A stretch of 49,230 bases of DNA from Candidatus Anoxymicrobium japonicum (GTDB lineage Bacteria > Actinomycetota > Geothermincolia > Fen-727 > Anoxymicrobiaceae), in assembly GCA_002843005.1 (NCBI GenBank), contig PHEX01000001.1, positions 1-49,230 of the forward strand, read 5' to 3'. Of this stretch, positions 8,979 to 17,185 are shown piece by piece (positions within the stretch are counted from its first letter, which is position 1; each line of letters begins with the position of its first letter). The position numbers and the translations under genes are program-made. The notes below the pieces were generated by a model. It saw only the letters and a list, made by a program, of their open reading frames with translations. It was not told the origin of the DNA and ran no database searches.

Positions 8979-9210
8979 CAGGACAACCTCCGGAAGAATA
9001 GTAGTGGAATTATACCAACTTTTAGTTTTGTGGATCAGTCCCTTGATACCAAAAGGCATAGTGGGGTTGGCTCAAGGGGACAAGAATGCGAAAGTCCACC
9101 TCAAGGGCGGCGTGAATGCGCTATCTTTGAGAGGTGCGCTGAGCGCGCGAGGTCAGGAGAAAGTGCGAAAGTCAACGGATACGAAACGCGAATAATGATA
9201 TCCTTTTACC

Positions 9211-10077
9211 ATGAAGATACTTTTGACCGGCAGCAACGGACAGCTTGGCGCCGATTTCCGGCGCGTGGCCGGGCATGAGCACGAGGTCGTCGCCCACGAT
9301 CTGGATCTCGACATCACGGATCGCCGGGCGGTCAAGGCGCGCGTGTCCGAGGTCGAGCCTGACATTGTCGTGAACGCGGCCGCTTACACCAACGTGGATG
9401 CGGCCGAGTCCGATGAGCTCAACGCCTACAATGTGAACGCGCTGGGGCCCTGGAACCTCGCGCTCGCGTGCCAGGCGGCGGGGGTTCCTCTACTGCACGT
9501 GTCAACCGACTTTGTCTTCAGCGGCGAGTCCGACACCCCTTACACCGAGTTCGATCTGCCAGATCCCAGTGGCGTTTATGGGAAGAGCAAGTACGCGGGC
9601 GAGCTGTACGTCACCGGCCTGCTCGACCGCTATTACATCTGCAGAACGTCGTGGCTATACGGCGTGGGTGGAGGCAACTTTGTGAAGACCATGCTCACCG
9701 CAGGCAGAGAGCGCAACGAGGTGAAGGTCGTTGACGACCAGGAGGGCGCTCCCACATATTCACTCGACCTGGCGCGCAAGCTCCTGGAGATAATCGCGAC
9801 CGGAGCTTACGGCGTCTATCACTTGAGCAACCAGGGCAGCATCACCTGGAGACAGTTTGCTTGCGACATCTTCGAGATCGCTGGAATAGATACGCCCGTC
9901 TTGCCGATAACCACCCGCGAGCTTGACAGGCCCGCGCCGCGCCCGCGGTACTCGACAATGAGAGGGCTCGCGCTCGAGATGGCGGGCATGGCCCCGATGC
10001 GCCCGTACCGCGAGGCGCTTGAGCAGTTCATCTTAGAGGATATTCCTTCCTTCCATGCTGAGGTGAGCGCGCCTTGA
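9211..10077 (+). CDS. rfbD: dTDP-4-dehydrorhamnose reductase
   Basis: MKILLTGSNGQLG Rossmann start, STDFVFSG and catalytic YGKSKYAGE. Length 288 aa. Confidence 0.92.
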   Translation: MKILLTGSNGQLGADFRRVAGHEHEVVAHDLDLDITDRRAVKARVSEVEPDIVVNAAAYTNVDAAESDELNAYNVNALGPWNLALACQAAGVPLLHVSTDFVFSGESDTPYTEFDLPDPSGVYGKSKYAGELYVTGLLDRYYICRTSWLYGVGGGNFVKTMLTAGRERNEVKVVDDQEGAPTYSLDLARKLLEIIATGAYGVYHLSNQGSITWRQFACDIFEIAGIDTPVLPITTRELDRPAPRPRYSTMRGLALEMAGMAPMRPYREALEQFILEDIPSFHAEVSAP

Positions 10078-11318
10078 AGTGCCTTCACCTGATCCACAGG
10101 TACTGGCCCGCGCGCGGCGGCTCCGAGAAGTTTTTCATCGAGATCAGTGAGCGGCTGGTCGCGGACGGCAACGAGGTCACGGTCTTCACGACCGACGCCC
10201 TGGACATTCAGCACTACTGGCTCCCGAACAAGGAGCGCATCGATAATCCCCGCGAGACGCACAACGGGGTCGATATCCGCAGGTTTAACGTCAAGCGCCT
10301 CCCAAAGCATTCGCAGGCCCTGCGGGTGCTGGGAAAAATCCCCGGGCTCGCGCCCCGCAGCGTCTTCTCGTTCCCCTCGCCGCTGGCGCCGGGCATGCTC
10401 AAGAGTGTTTTTTCTTCCGAGAGGTTCGACATAGTCCACGCCACGGCGCTCCCGTACGATTCGATACTGTACTGCGCGTACCGCATCGCGAAGCGGCAGG
10501 AAATACCGCTTGTTTACTCGCCGTTTTTTCACCTTGGCGAGGAAGGCGTGAAAGACGTGCGCCGCTTCTACACGCGAGGGCATCAGATGCGGCTGATAAA
10601 GAGCGCCGACAGAGTTCTCGTTCAGACCGGCATCGAGCGCGATTTCCTGGCGGCGTCGGGGTTTCCCCATGAGCGGATGGTGCTTTTGGGCATGGGCATC
10701 AACCCGTCGGAGCTGGCGGGCGGCGACGGGACGCGCTTCAGGCGCAAACACGACATCGCCGGGCCGATCGTCTGCTATATCGGGCCCAGGACGTACGACA
10801 AAGGGACATTCCACCTTCTCGACGCGATGGAGAAGTTATGGGCCGGCGGCGACCCGTCCACGCTGGTTCTTGCCGGCATGGACATCGAGGATTTCAGGCG
10901 CTACCACGCGAAGTTGCCCGCGCGCCTGAAGTCGAAGTGCGTCCTGCTCGACTACGTCCCCGAGCAAGACAAACTCGACCTGCTGGACGCGTGTAACTTG
11001 CTGGCGCTTCCATCCAGGTCGGATTCGTTCGGCATCGTCTTTCTCGAGGCGTGGTTCTACGGCAAGCCGGTGGTCGGCGCGCTCGCCGGCGGCATACCCG
11101 GGCTGGTTCGCGACGGCATCGACGGCCTGCTCGTTTCGTTCGGTGACGTCAAGGAACTCGCGCTCTCGATACAGAAATTGCTATTGGATCAGGAGTACGC
11201 GCGCTCTCTGGGCGAGGCCGGCCGCCAGCGCACGCTCGCGGAGTTCACGTGGGACAAAAAGTACGCCGTGGTCAAGCAGTTGTACGAGGAGCTTACGGGC
11301 GCTGGCGTCGAATCGTAG
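10074..11318 (+). CDS. glycosyltransferase family 4 (GT-B)
   Basis: TTG start in a TTGA overlap with rfbD. N-terminus HRYWPARGGSEKF. E-x7-E region SDSFGIVFLEAWFYGKPVVG. Confidence 0.88.
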   Translation: MKCLHLIHRYWPARGGSEKFFIEISERLVADGNEVTVFTTDALDIQHYWLPNKERIDNPRETHNGVDIRRFNVKRLPKHSQALRVLGKIPGLAPRSVFSFPSPLAPGMLKSVFSSERFDIVHATALPYDSILYCAYRIAKRQEIPLVYSPFFHLGEEGVKDVRRFYTRGHQMRLIKSADRVLVQTGIERDFLAASGFPHERMVLLGMGINPSELAGGDGTRFRRKHDIAGPIVCYIGPRTYDKGTFHLLDAMEKLWAGGDPSTLVLAGMDIEDFRRYHAKLPARLKSKCVLLDYVPEQDKLDLLDACNLLALPSRSDSFGIVFLEAWFYGKPVVGALAGGIPGLVRDGIDGLLVSFGDVKELALSIQKLLLDQEYARSLGEAGRQRTLAEFTWDKKYAVVKQLYEELTGAGVES

Positions 11319-11360
11319 TCCGGCTTCACTTGAGGCGCGAGAGTTGTAGCACAAGCAGGT

Positions 11361-11843
11361 ATGGTTTTCATGCGGAACAACGGCATCGACGTAGAACAGG
11401 TGATGGAAGAGGTTAACCGCGCGATCGCTTCTCCGCACACACTGCTCGCCGATTTCTGGAAAGAGAAGCGTCCCACCGCGCCGTGCGTTTCCTTTTTGTA
11501 TCCGCCGCACTCCCGAACGTTGAGGGTCAACCTCGACATGGTCAGCAGGAACTGGGAGGTTGATCCCGAGTTCGAGGTGGGTTCGCGCAGACGCGTCGCC
11601 GGCCGGCTCGTGATAGCTTTCAAGAAGCTGACACGTGGCCTGCTGCGCTGGTACGTAAACCCCATCGTCCACCAGATCCGCAAGTTCAACATGTTGGTCA
11701 CGCGCACTTTATTTGACCTGGCTAACAACTTGGACGAGGTCTCAGGCAGGGTCATCGAACTGGAGAAGCAAGAAGTCGAGCGCAGGCTCAAAGAGCTCGA
11801 GCAAAAAATCTCGCGGCTCGAGGATGGGAGCGCCAGCTCATGA
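11361..11843 (+). CDS. coiled-coil protein, stand-alone copy of the methyltransferase N-terminal module
   Basis: 160 aa. NGIDVEQVMEEVNRAI and LLRWYVNPIVHQIRKFN match the N-domains of 22410 and 25652. It ends in the heptad-like VIELEKQEVERRLKELEQKISRLE. No methyltransferase domain follows. ATGA overlap with the next gene. Confidence 0.6.
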   Translation: MVFMRNNGIDVEQVMEEVNRAIASPHTLLADFWKEKRPTAPCVSFLYPPHSRTLRVNLDMVSRNWEVDPEFEVGSRRRVAGRLVIAFKKLTRGLLRWYVNPIVHQIRKFNMLVTRTLFDLANNLDEVSGRVIELEKQEVERRLKELEQKISRLEDGSASS

Positions 11844-13711
11844 CGCTTGAGCGCGTGAGGCCGGTCACTGTGATAGTGCTGACGTGGAACGGGCTCGAGG
11901 TCATCAAAAATTGCCTGCGAACCGTGTTCGAGAAAACGACCCACCCGGATTTCGAGGTTCTGGTGGTGGATAACGGCAGCACCGACGGCACAGTGGAGTA
12001 CGTCCGCGCGCTCGAGGGCGTCAGGCTCATCGAAAACTCGCGAAACCTGGGTTTCGTGGGCGGCAACAACGCGGGCATCGCGGCCACCACGGGCGATGTC
12101 GCGCTCCTCAACAACGACACGGAGATAATTCAGGGCGACTGGCTCGAGCGGATGCAGGCGCTCGCCTGTTCACAGGACGAGATAGGCGTTGTCGGGTGCC
12201 GGTTGATCAACGCTGAAGGCAATCTCGTTCATGCCGGAACTTACATGCCACGCCCGAGTTTCTGGGGGCAGGAGTATCCAGGCAATGAGCGGGATATCGG
12301 GCAGTACACTCGGGATCGCGAGGTGGAAGGTGTCATCGCGGCGTGTGTCTATATTAAGAGGCGCGTTATCGAGGACGTCGGCGCGCTGGACGCGGAGTAC
12401 TTCTCGTACTTCGAGGATACCGATTTCTGCTTGAAGGCGCAGGGCGCCGGCTTCAAGATCTACTGTTGCGGCGGCGTAACCGTCAAGCACCTCGAGAACG
12501 CTTCAACCGCCGTGAACCGCATGGATTTTTCGGGCACGTTCAGGCGCTCGCGCGAGGTGTTTCTGTCGAAGTGGAAAGAATTTTACGAAGAGAGCCGCGC
12601 CCACAGCCTTACCTGGCGCTCTTTCATATCGGGGCAGGGGACATATTCGAGGGCAAGCGCAAAACTTCTCTGGGCGCTCGATCGCGCCGGCGTGGATGTG
12701 AACCTGGCGTTTCTGGAGGGCGCGGAGAGCGCAGAGCTGAACGACTTCCGGCTCAACGACATGAAGAACAGGGGCGCCGACCGCAAACGCCCGCAAGTGC
12801 TTTTTGGGCCGCCCGACATGCTCGAGCGGGCCGATGGCTCGTACAACATTGGCTACGTCTTCACTCCTTACGACCGGTTTGACCATTCATGGGTGAAAGA
12901 GATGAACCGGATGGACGAGATCTGGGTCACAAGCGAGTTTCAAAGGAACGCGGCGCTCGCGTCGGGCGTGAAGAGAGAGATATTCGTGATGCCCTTCGGT
13001 GTTGATCCCGACTACTTCCACCCTCAGATCAAGTCGTTCGCGCTTCCGGAGCGGTTTGTGTTTCTGGCGCCGGTACAGTGGGGCGAATCATTCGCGTCGG
13101 AGACGTTGTTGCGCGCTTTCACCGACGAGTTTGCGCCCGACGAGAAAGTCGTACTGGTGATGAACGTGACGTCACCGGCTTTTGCTGAGAGCTCATGCTT
13201 GCCGCGAGGTTTGGCGGCTGTGCCCGCGGCTGCGGGCTGTAGCGCCGAGGTGGAAGAGGCTGTCGAAGCGATGGCTCTGCCGGCGGATCGGGCGCCGGTC
13301 GTGTTTGTGATCGACCACGAGATCGAGCCGTATCAGTCAGGTTGCCTGTATCGCTCCACCGACTGCGTGGTGCTCGCGGGCAGGGCGGCGGAGAGTGGCG
13401 AGGTCGCGGCCGACGCGCTCGCGTGCGGTGTGCCGATCGTTGCCGTTGACTGGGGCGCCAACTCGTCACTTATCGACGGCGTTCGCGCTATCGGGGTAGA
13501 GAGCGGAATGGTTCAGGCGCCAGAGGCTGGCCTTCGGTGGGCGGATCCCTCCTATGACAGTATGCGCGAGGCGCTGCGCAAGGCGGTCACGACGAGCGAC
13601 GCGGCGAAAAGGAGCGCGCTCGGGCACGGCGGGGAGTTGCGATCCAGGTTGTCGTGGGACGAACTGGCCGCGAAGATGACAAAGAGGCTGGATAGCATTG
13701 CCGGCGGATAG
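11840..13711 (+). CDS. bifunctional glycosyltransferase, N-terminal GT2 plus C-terminal GT4-like domain
   Basis: VTVIVLTWNG, VVDNGSTDGT, LLNNDTEI (DxD-type) and FEDTDFCLK define the GT2 half. DEIWVTSEF...VMPFGVDPDYFHP defines the GT-B half. Paralog of 23724-25520. Confidence 0.85.
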   Translation: MTLERVRPVTVIVLTWNGLEVIKNCLRTVFEKTTHPDFEVLVVDNGSTDGTVEYVRALEGVRLIENSRNLGFVGGNNAGIAATTGDVALLNNDTEIIQGDWLERMQALACSQDEIGVVGCRLINAEGNLVHAGTYMPRPSFWGQEYPGNERDIGQYTRDREVEGVIAACVYIKRRVIEDVGALDAEYFSYFEDTDFCLKAQGAGFKIYCCGGVTVKHLENASTAVNRMDFSGTFRRSREVFLSKWKEFYEESRAHSLTWRSFISGQGTYSRASAKLLWALDRAGVDVNLAFLEGAESAELNDFRLNDMKNRGADRKRPQVLFGPPDMLERADGSYNIGYVFTPYDRFDHSWVKEMNRMDEIWVTSEFQRNAALASGVKREIFVMPFGVDPDYFHPQIKSFALPERFVFLAPVQWGESFASETLLRAFTDEFAPDEKVVLVMNVTSPAFAESSCLPRGLAAVPAAAGCSAEVEEAVEAMALPADRAPVVFVIDHEIEPYQSGCLYRSTDCVVLAGRAAESGEVAADALACGVPIVAVDWGANSSLIDGVRAIGVESGMVQAPEAGLRWADPSYDSMREALRKAVTTSDAAKRSALGHGGELRSRLSWDELAAKMTKRLDSIAGG

Positions 13712-15365
13712 TCCCGCCCGCCTCAAGCGCCAGGTTCGCGAAAGGAAGCTCTCCGAGCGGGTGCTTAGACTCGCGCGCCAGCACCGGGCGGCGCTTGTGG
13801 TTATCGGGATAATGCTCGTGGCGTTTCTCCTCCGTTTGCACTATCTTTCGAAGCACACCGAGCATACGGCCGACAGCTATTATTTTCTCATCCTCGCGCG
13901 TTCGATCAGAGACACCTTCACGTACATGGTCAGGGGCGTCGCTCACACAAAGTACCTGCCGGGTTATCCCATAATGATATGGCTGGGAAGCTACATATTT
14001 GGTGATCTCGCGCGTTCGGCGAACATGATAGCGTTGCTGGGCGGTACGTTCACGGCGCTCGCGACCTACGGCATCGGCAGGGAGCTGTTCAACAAGTGGA
14101 CAGGAGTCGTTGCCGCGGTTGTAGTCGCGTTCCAGCCGACTTTCCTGAAGTGGACCGTCCTCTCCATGACCGAAGGGCTTTTCACTTTCCTGTTTGCCGC
14201 CGGCGTCTATCTGCTGCTTACCGGGTGCAAACGGGCGTCGCCGGCGAGGCGCGCGCTTGGCGCCGCGGCGGGCGGTCTGTGCTTCCTTGTGAGGTGGGAG
14301 GGGATGCTCTTTCTTCCTATCATGGGGCTTATCGCTCTCATCTACATCAAGGACTCGAAGTTTCGCTGGTGGGAGCCGGCGCTGGCGCTATTTGCCTTTG
14401 GCGCGCCGATGAGCGTATATGTCGCGCGAAACCTGATCGAGACGGGCAAAGTCACCTCGTACGTCGGCGAGTTCAAGGATTACAGCACTCAGGTTTCATA
14501 CCAGGTGCTCAAGCACAGGACGAAGGTCTACGCCTGGAACGGCATGTCGGACGCGTTGTTCTCCGCGCTGTTTTTCATCGGCGCGGCATACTGCCTCGCG
14601 CGCCGGAAGTGGAAAGGTTTCCTCGTCGCGGCAGGGTGGTTCGGCATTTTCGTGGGGTTTCACCTTTTCTGGTACTACGCTTACGAGAGGTTCATGGCGC
14701 CAGCGGTTCCGGCGGTCGGACTCATCATAGGATTCATGTTTGTGGATATGGCAACCCTGTCGTGGGCGTTTTTCTCAAAGGCCCGCGAACGCGAGAGCGC
14801 ATCGCCCGCCAGGTCAGCGGTACTGAGCGGCGCGCGGGTCGCCTGCCTTGTCGTTCTGGCGGCGTTGCTCGTGACCGTGGTCTCACACGGACTCGCGCGC
14901 GCGGATCTGGTCATCAAGCAAAACTACCTGGCGTTTGCCGACGATCACGGCGGCAGGGGGATGGAGCAGGCGGCCGGATGGCTTGACAGGAACGCGCGCG
15001 GGGAAACAGTCGCATGCGACGCGGGCCCGTATTTCCGGTGGCTGTACTATCCCGGCGACGTCCTCTACATGCGACCGGTTCCATGGGATCTTCCCGTGGA
15101 GCCCGCCGACGTTACCTGCCAGGACGCGGTGCGCCAGTTGAACGAGCGGGGCGTGAGATATATTGTCATAGGGCAGACAGAAAAGGGCGTGGACGACGAG
15201 CTCGGCGTCTTCGGGATTGTCGGCGCGTACAGGTCACAGATCAGGGAAGTAAAGCGCTGGGTCAATCATTATGACTACCCGTCGCCACACGACCTCACCA
15301 CTGTGATCTTTGAGATTGTCCTGAAGAGCCCCACTGTTGAAAGGAGTGACATTGAAGCCCGCTGA
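13698..15365 (+). CDS. GT-C membrane glycosyltransferase, ArnT/PMT_2-like
   Basis: 555 aa with ~12 hydrophobic segments, N-terminal loop HTADSYYFLILARSIRD, and a C-terminal soluble domain. The start is uncertain (TTG 13698). Confidence 0.72.
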   Translation: MPADSPARLKRQVRERKLSERVLRLARQHRAALVVIGIMLVAFLLRLHYLSKHTEHTADSYYFLILARSIRDTFTYMVRGVAHTKYLPGYPIMIWLGSYIFGDLARSANMIALLGGTFTALATYGIGRELFNKWTGVVAAVVVAFQPTFLKWTVLSMTEGLFTFLFAAGVYLLLTGCKRASPARRALGAAAGGLCFLVRWEGMLFLPIMGLIALIYIKDSKFRWWEPALALFAFGAPMSVYVARNLIETGKVTSYVGEFKDYSTQVSYQVLKHRTKVYAWNGMSDALFSALFFIGAAYCLARRKWKGFLVAAGWFGIFVGFHLFWYYAYERFMAPAVPAVGLIIGFMFVDMATLSWAFFSKARERESASPARSAVLSGARVACLVVLAALLVTVVSHGLARADLVIKQNYLAFADDHGGRGMEQAAGWLDRNARGETVACDAGPYFRWLYYPGDVLYMRPVPWDLPVEPADVTCQDAVRQLNERGVRYIVIGQTEKGVDDELGVFGIVGAYRSQIREVKRWVNHYDYPSPHDLTTVIFEIVLKSPTVERSDIEAR

Positions 15366-16893
15366 TGACAAGCTCAAAGATAGAATATTCTTTATCTTGT
15401 TGTTCGCGCTCATTGGCGGATACGTCGCGACGTTCCTTACGCTATCGCTGTTGCGCTATTCCAACTTCAGGGGCTCGGGGCTCGACACCGCGATCTACAA
15501 CCAGATCGTCTGGCTGTTTTCCAGGTTCAAGGCGCCCGTAAGCACGATAAGGGGCATGCACTTTTTCGGCGACCACATGTCGCCCATCCTCTTTCTTCTG
15601 TCGCCACTCAATTGGGGAGGAGGCAAGCCCACTGTGCTCCTCACTTTGCAGACGGTGGCTCTGGGCGCGGGAGCGATACCCCTCTACCTTCTCGCTGTGC
15701 GAAAACTCAAGAGCCGATGGGTGGGACTCGGCATCGCCGCGGCATACCTGTTCTACCCCGCGCTCCAGAACCAGAACCTTGCCGATTTCCATCCCGAAGT
15801 ACTGGGAACCGCCTTCCTTCTGTTCGCCTTCCTGGCGATAGACAAACGGCGGTTCGTGTGGTTCTACGCCCTGTGCATCCTCACGGTGATAACCAAGGAG
15901 GACATGGCTTTGCCTGTTCTGGTCCTCGGTGTCATCGTCTACTTACTGTACGACAAGCGCGCGGGAGTCATAGTCATGATCGGCTCGGCCGTGTACTTCC
16001 TGGCTTCCGTGCTGTTTCTGATACCCCACTTCGCTCCAGCGGGCTACCAGTACGCAGGCAGGCTCAATGCCTTCGGGACGACGACAGGAGAAGCAATCAA
16101 GAATTTCTTCCTGCGCCCGAGGCGAACCATCAGCATCCTCGCTACGCGCGAGAACCTGAGATACTTTTTCGACTTGTTGTTGCCTGTAGCTTTTCTCAGC
16201 CTTTTCGCCCCCGTCTTCCTGCTGCCAGCGTTCCCCGCTTTCCTTGTGAACATCATCAGCGACTTCCAGCCACAGCACACAATCACGTACCAGTACGCCG
16301 CGGCGATAATCCCGTTCGTCTTCATAGCCCTGGTGTTCGGCTTGAAGAGGATCTCCAAGTGGTCGGAGGGAGCATTCCGCTCGCAGTTCGTAATCGGTGG
16401 GATCGTCGTTGTCGTGCTGGCGTGCTCTCTCTCGGGCAACTTTTATTTTGGCCAGAGCCCGCTCGCGGCAGAGTTCCGTACAGCGAACTACGGCGCTGAT
16501 AAGCACATTACGGCGATCCGCGAGGGCCTGGAGCTGATACCCGCGGACGCCTCTGTCTCTGCGCAGACCTACATGCTGGCCCATCTGTCTAACAGGGAGA
16601 AGGTCTATCAGTTCCCCGAGCCGTTCAGGTATCTGGTAGACCAGAAGTACTACGATCAGCTCGGCACGATGTTGAACACGGTGCAGGATGACGCTAAAAA
16701 GTTGATCTTCCCCAGGACATACAGGGTGAAGGACAGGGGCAGGAGCATTGCCCCGCAGTACGTCATTGTCGACTCGGGCTCCACCTACAGGATCTCGAAA
16801 GAGATGTACGACGCGCTGATACGGCGCCTGCAGTCAGATGGTGGCTACAAGCAGATATACAACAAAGACGGCGTTCTAGTCCTGAAAATTTAA
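15337..16893 (+). CDS. DUF2079-family polytopic membrane protein (putative GT-C)
   Basis: LLRYSNFRGSGLDTAIYNQIVW and HFFGDHMSPILFLLSPL match my memory of the DUF2079 signature. Many TM segments. The start is uncertain (TTG 15337, GTG 15346 or TTG 15352). Confidence 0.72.
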   Translation: MKGVTLKPADDKLKDRIFFILLFALIGGYVATFLTLSLLRYSNFRGSGLDTAIYNQIVWLFSRFKAPVSTIRGMHFFGDHMSPILFLLSPLNWGGGKPTVLLTLQTVALGAGAIPLYLLAVRKLKSRWVGLGIAAAYLFYPALQNQNLADFHPEVLGTAFLLFAFLAIDKRRFVWFYALCILTVITKEDMALPVLVLGVIVYLLYDKRAGVIVMIGSAVYFLASVLFLIPHFAPAGYQYAGRLNAFGTTTGEAIKNFFLRPRRTISILATRENLRYFFDLLLPVAFLSLFAPVFLLPAFPAFLVNIISDFQPQHTITYQYAAAIIPFVFIALVFGLKRISKWSEGAFRSQFVIGGIVVVVLACSLSGNFYFGQSPLAAEFRTANYGADKHITAIREGLELIPADASVSAQTYMLAHLSNREKVYQFPEPFRYLVDQKYYDQLGTMLNTVQDDAKKLIFPRTYRVKDRGRSIAPQYVIVDSGSTYRISKEMYDALIRRLQSDGGYKQIYNKDGVLVLKI

Positions 16894-16977
16894 CTTTGGG
16901 AGCAGTCCCCCATGGCGTGCGGACGCGCCGCCACCATCCATGCCCCCTCGCCCGGGGTCACCGCGCGCGAAGCGCGT

Positions 16978-17060
16978 GGGGTGGGGAGAGGGTTGGGGCA
17001 GAACCCCCCTAGCCCCCCTTGTCAGGGGGGTACCTCGCCCCACACCTTAATCCTCCCGCC
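16978..17060 (+). repeat. G/C-tract palindromic intergenic element, copy A
   Basis: Box agagggttgggg (16987-16998), hairpin CCCCCC-ttgtca-GGGGGG (17013-17030), and box gccccacaccttaatcctccc (17037-17057). The same boxes occur in the same order at 36858-36910. Confidence 0.6.
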
Positions 17061-17111
17061 GTCTGAGGTGAAGGAGACCAGAAGAATGTTGGGGTGAGGG
17101 GTATAGTGGTA

Positions 17112-17137
17112 GCCTGAACGGGGGTTATTTTCGAAGC
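17112..17137 (+). repeat. conserved intergenic motif ctgaNc-ggggttattttcg, copy A
   Basis: The 13-nt core ggggttattttcg (17121-17133) is identical to 27982-27994, and the flanking ctga.c is also shared. Both copies lie upstream of TTG-started genes. Confidence 0.4.
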
Positions 17138-17185
17138 AGGTCTTTTTTTAAAGTTTGCCTGACCTGACACCAAAGTTAAGGGGGG

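Noticed and set aside
16912-17097. 61-aa ORF (and similarly 36786-37220, 144 aa) in intergenic regions
   Set aside because: These are translations of the G/C-tract repeat elements, giving low-complexity Gly/Pro/Arg peptides. The second also overlaps the 3' end of the 36942-39587 gene on the opposite strand.
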